DNA of 64,000 nucleotides from a bacterium. GTDB lineage: Bacteria > Elusimicrobiota > Elusimicrobia > UBA1565 > UBA9628. This document shows positions 18,349-27,955 of the stretch, piece by piece. The stretch lies in NCBI GenBank assembly GCA_021846045.1, contig JAJZCM010000003.1, positions 23,604 to 87,603 of the forward strand. The letters run 5' to 3'. A program made the translations under genes and the position numbers. Each line of letters starts with the position of its first letter. The first letter of the stretch is position 1. The notes under the pieces are model-generated. The model made no database searches. It was not told the origin of the DNA and saw nothing but the letters and a program-made list of their open reading frames with translations.

Positions 18349-20103
18349 ATGGCTGATAGAGCGTTGCTTGCTGATGTGATGGTCGCTTCCGGCTCGCTGA
18401 CTTCAGAACAAAAAGATAAAGCCCTTAAAACTTCCCAAGAGGCTCAATGCAGCTTTGAAGAGGCGGTTATTAAGCTCGGTTTTGCCTCCGAAGGCGCGGT
18501 CACCACGGCTTTATCCAAACAGTTGGGGCTTCCCTTGGCTTCCCGTGAAAATAAGATTTTGATACCGGAAAAGGGCCAAGGGCTTGAGAAACTCATTCCG
18601 GAAAATTTTGCCCGGGAACATTTAACGATTCCTCTTTTTCTTGAAGACGGGACTCTGGGAATTGCGATGGTCGACCCCACCAACATCATGCTTCAAGATA
18701 ATATTCGAGTCCTAACTTCTAAAACCATTCACCCCTTCGTAGCGGCGAAAACCCAGATTTTAAAGGCCATTGATGAGCTTTATGGCGGCAACGGAGAAGG
18801 CGGTTTAATTGGGCGAACGCTGGAAGAAGGCAAGAAAAGCGGCGGCGCCGTCGCTGAAGAATCCGATTCGGCAGATGTGCGGGTTGACCTTGACAAAGCC
18901 GTTTCGGGCTTAAAAGACGCCCAAATTATTTCTCTTATTAACGCGGTTTTAAAACAAGCCGTGACTGAGAGGGCTTCCGATATTCATCTGGAGAGTTTTG
19001 ATAACCGGGCGAGTTTGCGCTTTCGCATCGACGGAATTTTGTATGAAAAGAGTTCTCCTCCGAAAGCCATGTTCTCATCCTTAGTTTCACGCATTAAGAT
19101 TCTTTCGAAACTCGACATCGCGGAAAGGCGTTTGCCTCAAGACGGAACCTTCTCAATTAAACTTCAAAACCGCAACATCGATTTGCGCGTTTCAATTTGC
19201 CCTACGGTTTATGGGGAAAAAGTGGTTATGCGTATTTTAGACAAGGGGGCGGTAAATCTCGACGTCGATAAAATAGGCTTTGAACCGAAACAGAAGGCGG
19301 ACTTTTTAGACGCCGCCCACCAGCCGCATGGACTCATTTTCCTGACCGGTCCGACCGGTTCCGGAAAAACGACCACTCTTTACTCCGTTCTCAATACGAT
19401 TAAAACCCCGGAACTTAATTTCATGACCATTGAGGACCCGGTCGAAATAAAGCTCGACGGTCTTAATCAAGTCCAAGTTCGTTCCGATATTGGGCTGACT
19501 TTCGCCGCGGCCCTGCGCTCCTTTTTGCGTCAAGACCCGGATGTGATTCTCGTGGGAGAGGTGCGCGATCAGGAAACGGCCCAAACTTGCCTGCGCGCGG
19601 CTTTGACGGGGCACTTGGTTCTCTCGACCCTGCATACCAATGACGCGATGTCAACCGTCGTTCGTTTAATCGATTTAGGCATAGAACCCTTTCTTTTGTC
19701 CGGAAGTCTTCTTTTGGCGGCGGCGCAGCGCCTAGTTCGCATTCTTTGCCCTCATTGTAAAACGCCCTATAAGCCGGATCCTTCTCAACTCGCGTCCGGC
19801 ATTAAAGAAGCCATGTTGCCTCAAGCTCAAATTCCCAATCTTGCCAATATCGTCTTCTATAAACCGCGCGGCTGCGATAAATGTTCCCAGACCGGCTATA
19901 TGGGCCGCCGGGCGATCTATGAAATTTACCGCATTATTCCTGAAATGCGGGAAATCATTTATAAATACGGCGGGGATTTGGCGCGGCTTCGAGAGGTGGC
20001 GGTTAAAAACGAAATGTGGGATTTAAGAGCCAGCGGCTGGCGAAAAGTTTTAGCGGGGCTCACAACGACGGATGAAGTTTTGTCGGTGACGATGAAGGAA
20101 TAG
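18349..20103 (+). CDS. pilB: Type IV pilus assembly ATPase PilB (GspE family)
   Basis: Walker A LTGPTGSGKTTTLYS, Asp box and His box. C-terminal tetracysteine motif CPHC...CDKC. Confidence 0.9.
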   Translation: MADRALLADVMVASGSLTSEQKDKALKTSQEAQCSFEEAVIKLGFASEGAVTTALSKQLGLPLASRENKILIPEKGQGLEKLIPENFAREHLTIPLFLEDGTLGIAMVDPTNIMLQDNIRVLTSKTIHPFVAAKTQILKAIDELYGGNGEGGLIGRTLEEGKKSGGAVAEESDSADVRVDLDKAVSGLKDAQIISLINAVLKQAVTERASDIHLESFDNRASLRFRIDGILYEKSSPPKAMFSSLVSRIKILSKLDIAERRLPQDGTFSIKLQNRNIDLRVSICPTVYGEKVVMRILDKGAVNLDVDKIGFEPKQKADFLDAAHQPHGLIFLTGPTGSGKTTTLYSVLNTIKTPELNFMTIEDPVEIKLDGLNQVQVRSDIGLTFAAALRSFLRQDPDVILVGEVRDQETAQTCLRAALTGHLVLSTLHTNDAMSTVVRLIDLGIEPFLLSGSLLLAAAQRLVRILCPHCKTPYKPDPSQLASGIKEAMLPQAQIPNLANIVFYKPRGCDKCSQTGYMGRRAIYEIYRIIPEMREIIYKYGGDLARLREVAVKNEMWDLRASGWRKVLAGLTTTDEVLSVTMKE

Positions 20104-20111
20104 GAGGCGGT

Positions 20112-21332
20112 ATGTCTCAGTTTTCCTATGTGGTTCAGGATCCCAGGGGGGAAGCTGTTTCCGGAACCCTTGAGGCGGGAGACGAAAATGAGGCGGTCGC
20201 TGCCCTGCAATCAAAGGGCTATTTTATTTTGTCCTTGTCTTCAAAGGATACAAAGACAAGCGCGAAAGGAGTCTCTTTATCTAAAGCGGCGAAAGTTGCC
20301 CAGCAAGACTTGATTTTTTTCTCGGAACAGCTGTCCACTCTTTTAACCGGCGGAGTCCCCTTGGTGCGCGCGTTGTCGTTGCTTGGCGAACATACCAATT
20401 CTCCGGGGCTTCATGCGGTGGTCGGGGCCGTGACTCAAGATGTGTCCCGGGGAACGGCGCTTTATAAAGCCCTGTCAAAACACCCCGCTATTTTCGATAC
20501 CCTATGGGTTTCCTTAGTTCAAGCGGGAGAAATGGGTGGGCAACTGCCCAAGGTTTTGCGGCAAATCGCCAATTACTTGACGGCCCAATCGGAACTCCGC
20601 GGGAAAATCATGACCGCCCTGGCTTATCCTGCGGTCCTTGCTTGTATGTCGGGAGGGGTCCTCGCTTTTTTCGTCATCCATATCGTCCCGGTATTTGCGG
20701 ATATCTTTAAACAATTCCATATCAAGCTCCCGGTTCTGACCCAAATGGTCGTTTCTACCTCAGAATTAATTGTTCATCATCTCGGGTTGATTATTTTTGT
20801 CGTCATCGGTGGGTATATGGCTTGGAAATCCTATACCTCGACCGACGCCGGAAAAATCGCCAAATGGAATTTGATATTTGGCGTTCCGTTCTTTGGCGAA
20901 TTCATCAAAGATATCCTGGTCGAAAGACTTTTAACGACGCTCTCGACCCTGATTGAAAGCGGCGTCAGTATTCTCAACGCCATCGCGGTCTTGGAAGGGG
21001 TTTTTTCGGCCAATATTATTTTCCAGATAGCCCTGTCCGCCATTAAGGTCGATGTCGCGGCCGGGAAATCCATATCAGCGGCTTTTAGAAAATCGGCGGT
21101 TCTTCCGCCTCTGGTCACCGAAATGATGTTCATGGGGGAAGAATCGGGAAAACTGCCGGATATGCTTCAGACCATGTCCGGATTTTATCGGCTCCAAATT
21201 GATCAATTTACGCGCCGTTTTACCGCCATTATAGACCCCATACTTGTCGTTGGCATTGGGGGACTCGTGGGAGTCATTGTCTTGGCGGTTTTCATGCCGA
21301 TATTTAAAATGTCAACGATGGGGGGAAAATGA
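20112..21332 (+). CDS. pilC: Type IV pilus platform protein PilC (GspF family)
   Basis: 406 aa with duplicated GspF domains and three TM segments. Position is immediately after pilB. Confidence 0.85.
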   Translation: MSQFSYVVQDPRGEAVSGTLEAGDENEAVAALQSKGYFILSLSSKDTKTSAKGVSLSKAAKVAQQDLIFFSEQLSTLLTGGVPLVRALSLLGEHTNSPGLHAVVGAVTQDVSRGTALYKALSKHPAIFDTLWVSLVQAGEMGGQLPKVLRQIANYLTAQSELRGKIMTALAYPAVLACMSGGVLAFFVIHIVPVFADIFKQFHIKLPVLTQMVVSTSELIVHHLGLIIFVVIGGYMAWKSYTSTDAGKIAKWNLIFGVPFFGEFIKDILVERLLTTLSTLIESGVSILNAIAVLEGVFSANIIFQIALSAIKVDVAAGKSISAAFRKSAVLPPLVTEMMFMGEESGKLPDMLQTMSGFYRLQIDQFTRRFTAIIDPILVVGIGGLVGVIVLAVFMPIFKMSTMGGK

Positions 21333-21333
21333 G

Positions 21334-21825
21334 ATGAGAGCGCGAGGCTTTACTCTTATTGAGCTTTTGGTGGTCATCTTAATTGTTGGAATACTCGCGG
21401 CCATTGGCTATCCCTCCTATATTCGCTCGATGGAGACCAGTAAGGCCAATGATGCCGTTGGATATTTGACGATGGCCGGAAACGCCGCTCGCATGTACGC
21501 GGTAGACCACAATGGATCTTACGTTCCAGCAGGCACAATTACCGATTCATGCGATGGCGTGCAAACTTGTCCGCAAGGGAATGTCTGTGACTTGGTTTAT
21601 TGCGGTTATATGCCAGCCGATAATTATAGCGAGAAGCCCTATACGATTACGATTCGAAATTGTAGTCCTAATACCTATTGTTCGCCATTGGCCTCTGTCA
21701 ATCGTCTCGGGGGCTCTTCCCCCGGCACAAACGCGTCCCCCTATGCATCTTGGGGCTACAACATTGATTCAAATGGAATCATTACTACGAACGGCGCCGC
21801 TGAGGTCCCACCCGTTCCGCAATGA
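21334..21825 (+). CDS. Type IV pilin (major pilin candidate), cysteine-rich
   Basis: Prepilin leader MRARG|FTLIELLVVILIVGILAAIGYPSY (class III signal peptide, Glu5). The C-terminal domain contains 8 Cys. RBS GGGGGAAAA precedes ATG 21334. Confidence 0.85.
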   Translation: MRARGFTLIELLVVILIVGILAAIGYPSYIRSMETSKANDAVGYLTMAGNAARMYAVDHNGSYVPAGTITDSCDGVQTCPQGNVCDLVYCGYMPADNYSEKPYTITIRNCSPNTYCSPLASVNRLGGSSPGTNASPYASWGYNIDSNGIITTNGAAEVPPVPQ

Positions 21826-21834
21826 CAGGCGACC

Positions 21835-22371
21835 ATGAAAGAAACAGGTTCGACCTTAATCGAGGTTTTAGCGGCCGTCCTTTTAACGGCTGTGATGACT
21901 TCCGCGGTTTTCAGCGTCGCTTTAGGCGCTAAGGGAGAATCAAAAATTACCGAAGAGCATAACTCGGCGTCTCAATGTATAACTCAACTGACCAATGAAC
22001 TCCATTCTTTCGTGACGGGCTATTGGAGTTACGGCACAAATTCTTTTAATCCCGTTATGCCGGAAATTTGTGGGCCGGAGTCTTCAGGGTGCGTTTATGG
22101 AGGAGGAAATTACTCGCAATGGACTTGGGCATCTTCAGGGGTCACGGATAGCTGTAGTGGTTGCTACGCGTTGTCGACCGGTGTGCATACCCTTACTGTT
22201 CAATCTAACGGCTTGACAGGTTTTAATGTGCCTTTTTGTATGCCTCCCTGGATGTGGCAGCCGCCGTACAGCGCGAATTTGTCCTACACGGTAACGTCTC
22301 CGCCGATTTCGTCAGGCCAACAAGTTGGCGGCCCCGGAGTTTCAGTCACGATAAACTGGAAAAATCAATGA
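21835..22371 (+). CDS. Minor pilin/pseudopilin (prepilin-type N-terminal cleavage/methylation domain), cysteine-rich
   Basis: MKETG|STLIEVLAAVLLTAVMTSAVFSV prepilin motif. Multiple Cys in the C-terminal domain. Confidence 0.75.
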   Translation: MKETGSTLIEVLAAVLLTAVMTSAVFSVALGAKGESKITEEHNSASQCITQLTNELHSFVTGYWSYGTNSFNPVMPEICGPESSGCVYGGGNYSQWTWASSGVTDSCSGCYALSTGVHTLTVQSNGLTGFNVPFCMPPWMWQPPYSANLSYTVTSPPISSGQQVGGPGVSVTINWKNQ

Positions 22372-23009
22372 TGAGAAAGGCTTTGGGCTTTACCTTGGTT
22401 GAGATGATTGTCGCTCTCCTTCTAAGCTCCATTGTGATGATCGGCCTTATTGACATTACCGCCAGCATGCTTATGCGCCATTTTGAGGGAATTCGACATG
22501 GAAAAATTGATAGCGAAACCCTTTATTCCTTGGATCAAATGAGACTTGAGCTGGAAGCCGCGACCTATTACTCTTACCCCAATACGTCGCAGCCTTACGG
22601 CATGGCCATTCAAGGCTGCGGAAATTATTCTTCAGCGACAGGAACGCAAATTTATACGGGCGCAGGGGCAACCATGAACTCCTTTGCCTATTGTGTTGAA
22701 AATCATTGCACAGGAACCAACCAAGCGTGTGACCCCTCCGGATATGGCGGACCTTATGACCTTGTGCGCTATTCTCAAACAGGAAGCTGTATTTCTCTTT
22801 CTTGCGGCGGCAGCGGCGGGCAAACCCTGGTTTACCAAAATGTCTACTTGGAACCAAGTTTTTCAAACCCTTTTTATCTCAATCCGCAATTCGGCGGAAT
22901 TGATTCGCATATGATCGTGGGCTATCCCGTTGAGACCGGAGTTGAAAAAACTCCGGCTTATTATCAGATTGACACGACTTATATTCCGGATACGGGGCGC
23001 CTGCAATGA
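22368..23009 (+). CDS. Minor pilin (PilW/GspJ-like), cysteine-rich
   Basis: Start at internal ATG 22368: MMRKALG|FTLVEMIVALLLSSIVMIGL prepilin motif. The ORF track entry 22236..23009 is 5'-extended over the previous gene. Confidence 0.7.
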   Translation: MMRKALGFTLVEMIVALLLSSIVMIGLIDITASMLMRHFEGIRHGKIDSETLYSLDQMRLELEAATYYSYPNTSQPYGMAIQGCGNYSSATGTQIYTGAGATMNSFAYCVENHCTGTNQACDPSGYGGPYDLVRYSQTGSCISLSCGGSGGQTLVYQNVYLEPSFSNPFYLNPQFGGIDSHMIVGYPVETGVEKTPAYYQIDTTYIPDTGRLQ

Positions 23010-23458
23010 AAAAAAAGGGCTCAGTTTCTAGGAGTTCCAAAGGGCAGATATTAACCAGCACTATTGTGACCGCTTTGATTGTGGTTATTATCGCGGCCGG
23101 CCTTATGCGCCTGGTGTTGATGAGATACATGGCCGCTAATAGAGTGACGCAGGAGGTTAAATATACCCGTTGCGTTCAATTGGCGGTGGCCCAATTTTTT
23201 TCAACCTGGGATAGGCTCACTACAGGCGCGAGTGGGGTGACTGATCCCTTTTGCAGTAGCGCACCGCCCCTGTTTAACTGTTCAGGGACCCCTGGCCAAT
23301 GCAGTTGCACTTGCACATTTACCAGTGGTTCCTTATCCGGCCTCACGGTTAGCGTTACGCCTGGTCCCAATGGTTTAAATCCGCCTTGCACTTTTACGGC
23401 GCAAACTACGACCAACACCTCCTCGCCATTTGCTTCGCAGACCCCTGTTTGCCAGTGA
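23006..23458 (+). CDS. PilX-like minor pilin, cysteine-rich (CSSAPPLFNCSGTPGQCSCTCTF)
   Basis: N-terminal hydrophobic helix GQILTSTIVTALIVVIIAAGLMRLVL, typical of PilX-type minor pilins that lack Glu5. Last gene of the pilin run. Confidence 0.55.
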   Translation: MKKKGSVSRSSKGQILTSTIVTALIVVIIAAGLMRLVLMRYMAANRVTQEVKYTRCVQLAVAQFFSTWDRLTTGASGVTDPFCSSAPPLFNCSGTPGQCSCTCTFTSGSLSGLTVSVTPGPNGLNPPCTFTAQTTTNTSSPFASQTPVCQ

Positions 23459-24357
23459 AGCGTCAAATATTTGTCACTGCCGATGATTTTGGGGCAAGCC
23501 CCGAGGTCAATGCCGCCATTATCCGCGCCTACAAAGAAGGGATTTTGCGCTACACGAGTTTGCTTGTTGACGCCCCGGCGGCTAAGGCGGCGGCGGAACT
23601 CGCCCGTCAAAACCCGGGCTTGGGAGTGGGGTTGCACTTGAATTTATGCGACTCAAATCCTGCCCTTTACGGACTTAAATATTTCTTCTTGCCGTCTTGG
23701 CGCAAGCGCTTGGAGCCTGAAATAAAGCGCCAGATGGAAAAACTGAAAAGTTTTGGCATTAATCCGACTCATGCCGACGGACATATCAATATCCATATCC
23801 ATCCCGTTATTTTCCCCGCTCTTTTGAGCGTTTGCAAAAAATTGGGCGTTTCCCGCGTCAGAATTCCTGCCGGAGAATACGGTCTGGGGATGCGCTATTT
23901 AAAAAAAGTCGTAACTACTCACGTCACCCCGACGAAAGTCGGGGTCCAGAGCAACGATTTTCTGGGTTCCGGCTTTCGCCGGAATGACGAACCTGAGCAG
24001 TTGCAAAAAATCTCTTTAGGAAGCAGAGTTGAATACGCGGCGTTTTGGACTTTGGGAAATTATTTAAAGAAAAAGGCCGAAATAATCGCGCCGGAAATTA
24101 AAATTTTTCCGCGCTCGTTTGGCCTTCTGCGTTCAGGGCGCATGAAAGAAGATTATGTTTTGTGGCTGCTTGAAAATCTGCCGGAAGGGGAAACTGAAAT
24201 TTATTTCCATCCCTCCTTGGACCCGGACAGCCGTGTTGCTGGAGAACGCCCAACTCCGAGCCATCAAACCTTAACCGAGTTTGAAACTTTGATTAGTCCG
24301 CGTATTTTAGAGGCTCTAAAACGTTCGGCTGTTTCATTGTCCCAGCGCGAGCTCTGA
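23455..24357 (+). CDS. hpnK: ChbG/YdjC-family carbohydrate deacetylase, HpnK-like; carries an in-frame insertion of a hairpin repeat (23909-24006)
   Basis: N-terminal FVTADDFGASPEVNAAI YdjC signature. GTG start at 23455 overlaps the preceding stop (GTGA). The peptide ...[30 protein letters not shown] is encoded by the repeat family also found at 52118 and 53748. Confidence 0.65.
   Translation: MKRQIFVTADDFGASPEVNAAIIRAYKEGILRYTSLLVDAPAAKAAAELARQNPGLGVGLHLNLCDSNPALYGLKYFFLPSWRKRLEPEIKRQMEKLKSFGINPTHADGHINIHIHPVIFPALLSVCKKLGVSRVRIPAGEYGLGMRYLKKVVTTHVTPTKVGVQSNDFLGSGFRRNDEPEQLQKISLGSRVEYAAFWTLGNYLKKKAEIIAPEIKIFPRSFGLLRSGRMKEDYVLWLLENLPEGETEIYFHPSLDPDSRVAGERPTPSHQTLTEFETLISPRILEALKRSAVSLSQREL
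23909..24006 (+). repeat. Double-hairpin dispersed repeat, family 1, copy 1 (inside the hpnK-like CDS)
   Basis: tcgtaactactcacgtcaccccgacgaaagtcggggtccag...ttccggctttcgccggaatgacgaacctgagcagttgca. It has two stem-loops (CCCCGACGAAAGTCGGGG and TTCCGGCTTTCGCCGGAA) and is about 85% identical to the copy at 52118-52213. Confidence 0.8.
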
Positions 24358-25300
24358 GATAAATCAAAAACCCAAAGGAAGACCATAAAATTTCTCGGAT
24401 ATGGCGGATGATGGCGAAACTCAGCCCTTGCCCTGCCGTATATCCAAAAGCCTTAAAGATGAGAACTTTTCCAGCCTCCTGGGTTCCGAGTTTTGCCGGC
24501 ACCATAAAAAACACCGCCTCAAAGGCGTTGGAGAGGGCCTCAATGACCAGAGCCCTAAGGGCGCCGATAGGCAAATTCATGAAAGAGCATATGACCGCGA
24601 CTTCGATCATCATGCTTGCATATCCAACGGTAAAAAATAAAACGGAAAGCCCCATGCGGATGGGATGGGCTAAGAGATAACGGCGCATATTGCTTCTGAT
24701 TCCAGAAACGGAGGGGCCGCCGACATCGCAGATAAATCTCCCTTGCTTGTTTTGGTAGGAGAGAATAAACAGCGAAAATGCGATCAGCCCCGCCACAAAG
24801 AGGGCGCCCAAAACAATCCAACGAATTTCTCCGTTGCCTAGGGCGTCCATTTTTCTTAAAAGTAAAAAAAGAATTCCAACTAAAATAAAGGCCATTTGCC
24901 CTAAACTTTGGGATAGCTTTCCAATGAAAACGCTGGCGTTTTTTACTTCAGAGGAAAGTTCGCTTCCCAAAAAAGGCGGGCGAACGAATTCCCCGGCAAC
25001 GGTGGCCGAGGGGGTTAGATAATTGACGCCGTCTCCGGCGAGTCTGCCTTTAGCTAACGATATAAAAGGGACTTTGCCTGCGTCTTGGGGGGCGAGCGTA
25101 AAGCGCCAGGCCCAGGCATTGAGGCTTTGCTCAAGAATTGGAATGGGGAGAATGGCAAGAAACCCCCAAACGCCGAATTCACGGATATGAGCCAGTATTC
25201 TCGCGGGGCCGAGATGCTCGACAAGAAAAAAAAGCGTGATAAGCCCGATGATGATGACGAACCGGTGAAACCAAAGAAGGGTTTTCTTGCCCGCGCTCAT
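24293..25300 (-). CDS. hpnL: Flippase-like/UPF0104 (lysylphosphatidylglycerol synthase TM region family) membrane protein, HpnL-like
   Basis: 335 aa with 8 or more TM helices and an N-terminal FHRFVIIIGLITLFFL segment. Lies immediately downstream of the GT2 gene, as in hpnIJKL clusters. Confidence 0.5.
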   Translation of the reverse strand: MSAGKKTLLWFHRFVIIIGLITLFFLVEHLGPARILAHIREFGVWGFLAILPIPILEQSLNAWAWRFTLAPQDAGKVPFISLAKGRLAGDGVNYLTPSATVAGEFVRPPFLGSELSSEVKNASVFIGKLSQSLGQMAFILVGILFLLLRKMDALGNGEIRWIVLGALFVAGLIAFSLFILSYQNKQGRFICDVGGPSVSGIRSNMRRYLLAHPIRMGLSVLFFTVGYASMMIEVAVICSFMNLPIGALRALVIEALSNAFEAVFFMVPAKLGTQEAGKVLIFKAFGYTAGQGLSFAIIRHIREILWSSFGFLIYLRARAGTMKQPNVLEPLKYAD

Positions 25301-26472
25301 CTCTCGGTTGCGGCCAAAACGGGTTCTTCAATGGTTCCGGAGAAGGAATAGGTTTCTCCTCTCCAGGAGACCGCTTGATTTCGCCAGCCAATGGTCCAGG
25401 CGAAAAAAACAATGAGTTCGCTCATGGGCAGGAGAAAAAAGGAGAGCCAGTTTGATTTCATTCCGGCAGCGCTTAAAATCCGCTTTTGGGCCAGGAATTT
25501 GGCCAGAATGACGGCGGCCATGAGGAGCAGAATAGTTGGATTGAATCCGAAGAAAACTAAAGATAGGGCTAAAAAGGAAAATCCATGGAGAAACAAAAGG
25601 CCCAAGTATCCGGAGGGACGGCAGGTATAAATCGTGTGGGCCCATCGAATCTGATGCTTTAGATGTTTGAGAAACCCTGAATCCTCAGTGACGCACTCAA
25701 CCAGCGACTGGGCGGCCGCGATCTTGAGCCCGGCGGACTTGACGGCTTCGCCTAAAACGAAATCATCGGCTAAATATTGAGCCAGATAGGGGAAACCGCC
25801 GATATTCTCAAAAATATTCCGCCGGATCAACATCGCCGCTCCCATGGCAAAGCGCATTCCGTAAGCATAGGCCGTCATGGCTTGGGGGAGAAAATAGGCG
25901 TTGATGGACAAAGCTTCCATGGTGGGCCAGAATTTGAGGCTTTGAGCTCCTTGGTAAAACGAGGTGACTAGCCCGATTTGAGGATTTAGAAGAGGTTCGA
26001 CCATTTGCTTTAGAAAATCCTTTTGGACCCGGACATCGGAATCGGTGATCATTAAAAATTCATGCTTAATCAAGGGTTGGGCGGAAGAAACGTTATTGAT
26101 TTTTGGGTTGAGACCGAGAGGGGGATTGTTTCCTGAAAATACGATCTGAATGTCTAAACCGGGAAATTGATTTTTAATTTTTTTTGCGACGGATGCGGCG
26201 GGATCATTGGGGGTCGCGACGGTCAAGATAATCTGAAACTCGGGATAGTCCATTTCACAGAAACTCCTCAGATTTTCAAGAAGCCCTGTTTCAGCGCCCT
26301 TGAGAGGCTTGAGAATGGTGACCGGCGGATAAATCTTGCTTTTGAATGGGCGCTTTTTTATGACCGATGGCGCGGCAAAGGCGGTCAAGAGGGAAAAGGC
26401 GATTGAAAAGAGGGCGATGCCGTCAACGGTAAGGGCTAAAACTCCATGAACGGCGCTCGGTCCGAAAATCAT
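25297..26472 (-). CDS. hpnI: Family 2 glycosyltransferase (HpnI/ceramide glucosyltransferase-like)
   Basis: 391 aa with an N-terminal TM helix then a GT-A domain (ILKPLKGAETGLLENLRSFCEMDYPEFQIILTVATPNDPA; DSDVRV DxD motif). Ends with C-terminal TM helices typical of HpnI/CGT-like GT2. Confidence 0.65.
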   Translation of the reverse strand: MIFGPSAVHGVLALTVDGIALFSIAFSLLTAFAAPSVIKKRPFKSKIYPPVTILKPLKGAETGLLENLRSFCEMDYPEFQIILTVATPNDPAASVAKKIKNQFPGLDIQIVFSGNNPPLGLNPKINNVSSAQPLIKHEFLMITDSDVRVQKDFLKQMVEPLLNPQIGLVTSFYQGAQSLKFWPTMEALSINAYFLPQAMTAYAYGMRFAMGAAMLIRRNIFENIGGFPYLAQYLADDFVLGEAVKSAGLKIAAAQSLVECVTEDSGFLKHLKHQIRWAHTIYTCRPSGYLGLLFLHGFSFLALSLVFFGFNPTILLLMAAVILAKFLAQKRILSAAGMKSNWLSFFLLPMSELIVFFAWTIGWRNQAVSWRGETYSFSGTIEEPVLAATER

Positions 26473-26480
26473 GCCAACGC

Positions 26481-27938
26481 CTAAACGGACGCCATGTCTT
26501 TTGCGGGAGACGCCGCTTGAGCGGTTTTTCGGTTGCGCAGGTATTGGAAAAACTCTTTTCCTTCCCGCAGACGGCGGCGGCGCTCGTTAGGATCTTTGAG
26601 CATTCCGGCCAGTATTCGCAATATGGGTTTCGGGCGGGCATAAAAGCGGGAATAAAAACGCAGTACCGCTTGCTCGATTTCAGCGCTTGAAAGATGCGGG
26701 TAGTGAAGGGTGCAGGCTTGGGTGCCGTCAGCGCGGGACAGGGCGCTTTCGTCATACCATTTGTTGGCCATGGCTTGACGATAGAGTTCGGTTCCGGGAT
26801 ACGGCGCCGACAAGGAGACTTGGATTGTCTTAACGTCGAGATCGCAGGCGTATTTCATCGTTTCTTCGATGGTTTCTTTGGTTTCTCCAGGAAGGCCAAG
26901 AATGAAGCAGCCATGGATGACGATGCCGAGTTCATGACAATTTTTCGTGAATTCCCTGGCGATGTCGGTGCGGACGCCCTTTTTGATGTTGTTGAGAATT
27001 TGCTGATTTCCCGATTCATAGCCCACCAAGAGGAGTCTCAACCCGTTTTCCCGGAATATTTTCAGGTATTCATAGGGGATATTGGCTCTCGAGTTGCAGG
27101 CCCAGGTGATGCCTAATTTTTTTAGCCCCTTGGCGATTTCAACAGCGCGCGATAGATTCGCGGTGAACGTATCATCGTCAAAAAAGAAATCTTTGACTTG
27201 GGGGAACATTTCTTTGGCGCGCGCCATTTCATTAAGGACGCTTTGAGCTGAGCGCACGCGGTAAAGATGCCCGCTGACGGTTTGCGGCCACAAGCAAAAG
27301 CTGCAGCGAGCCGGGCAACCGCGTCCGGTGTAAAGAGACAGGTAAGGGTGGCGGAGATACCCGTTGAAATAATTTTCGATGGTCAAGTCTCTTTTATAGA
27401 CGTCAATGACCGAGGGCAGCTCATCCATGTTTTCGATAAGCGGCCGGTCGTTGTTATGCGTAATACCGCCGTTTTTCCGGTAGCTCATTCCCAAGATACT
27501 CTCCCAGGGCTTTCCTTGGGCGATTTCAAGAATGGTGTAGTCGAATTCCTCGCGCGCGACAAAATCGAGATGCGGAGCGGCTTCCAATGATTCTTGCGGT
27601 AAAACCGCGACATGGGCGCCGACAAAGCCAATCAGTATTTGAGGATAAGCGTCTTTAAGAGCTTTGGCGACCTTGACGTCGCTGTCGAAAGAAGGGGTTG
27701 AGGTATGGATAATGCAGAGTTCAAAACCTTTCGCCCTTTGAATGACTTCGGTCAAACTCAGATCATCGGCCGGAGCGTCGATCAATTTTGAGCTTGGAAT
27801 CATCGCCGCCGGCTGAGCCAGCCAAGTCGGATACCAAAACGACCGAACCTCCCGGGTGGTTTGATAGCGGGAGCCCGCTCCGCCGTCGAAGCCTTCATAA
27901 GAAGGAGGGTTTAAAAAGAGCGTTCTCATTGTGTTCAT
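26481..27938 (-). CDS. hpnJ: B12-binding-domain radical SAM protein (HpnJ-like)
   Basis: 485 aa. N-terminal B12-binding-like domain, then radical SAM cysteine motif GRGCPARCSFCLWP. Length and context match HpnJ. Confidence 0.65.
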   Translation of the reverse strand: MNTMRTLFLNPPSYEGFDGGAGSRYQTTREVRSFWYPTWLAQPAAMIPSSKLIDAPADDLSLTEVIQRAKGFELCIIHTSTPSFDSDVKVAKALKDAYPQILIGFVGAHVAVLPQESLEAAPHLDFVAREEFDYTILEIAQGKPWESILGMSYRKNGGITHNNDRPLIENMDELPSVIDVYKRDLTIENYFNGYLRHPYLSLYTGRGCPARCSFCLWPQTVSGHLYRVRSAQSVLNEMARAKEMFPQVKDFFFDDDTFTANLSRAVEIAKGLKKLGITWACNSRANIPYEYLKIFRENGLRLLLVGYESGNQQILNNIKKGVRTDIAREFTKNCHELGIVIHGCFILGLPGETKETIEETMKYACDLDVKTIQVSLSAPYPGTELYRQAMANKWYDESALSRADGTQACTLHYPHLSSAEIEQAVLRFYSRFYARPKPILRILAGMLKDPNERRRRLREGKEFFQYLRNRKTAQAASPAKDMASV

Positions 27939-27955
27939 AGGAATATACCTCTTAT

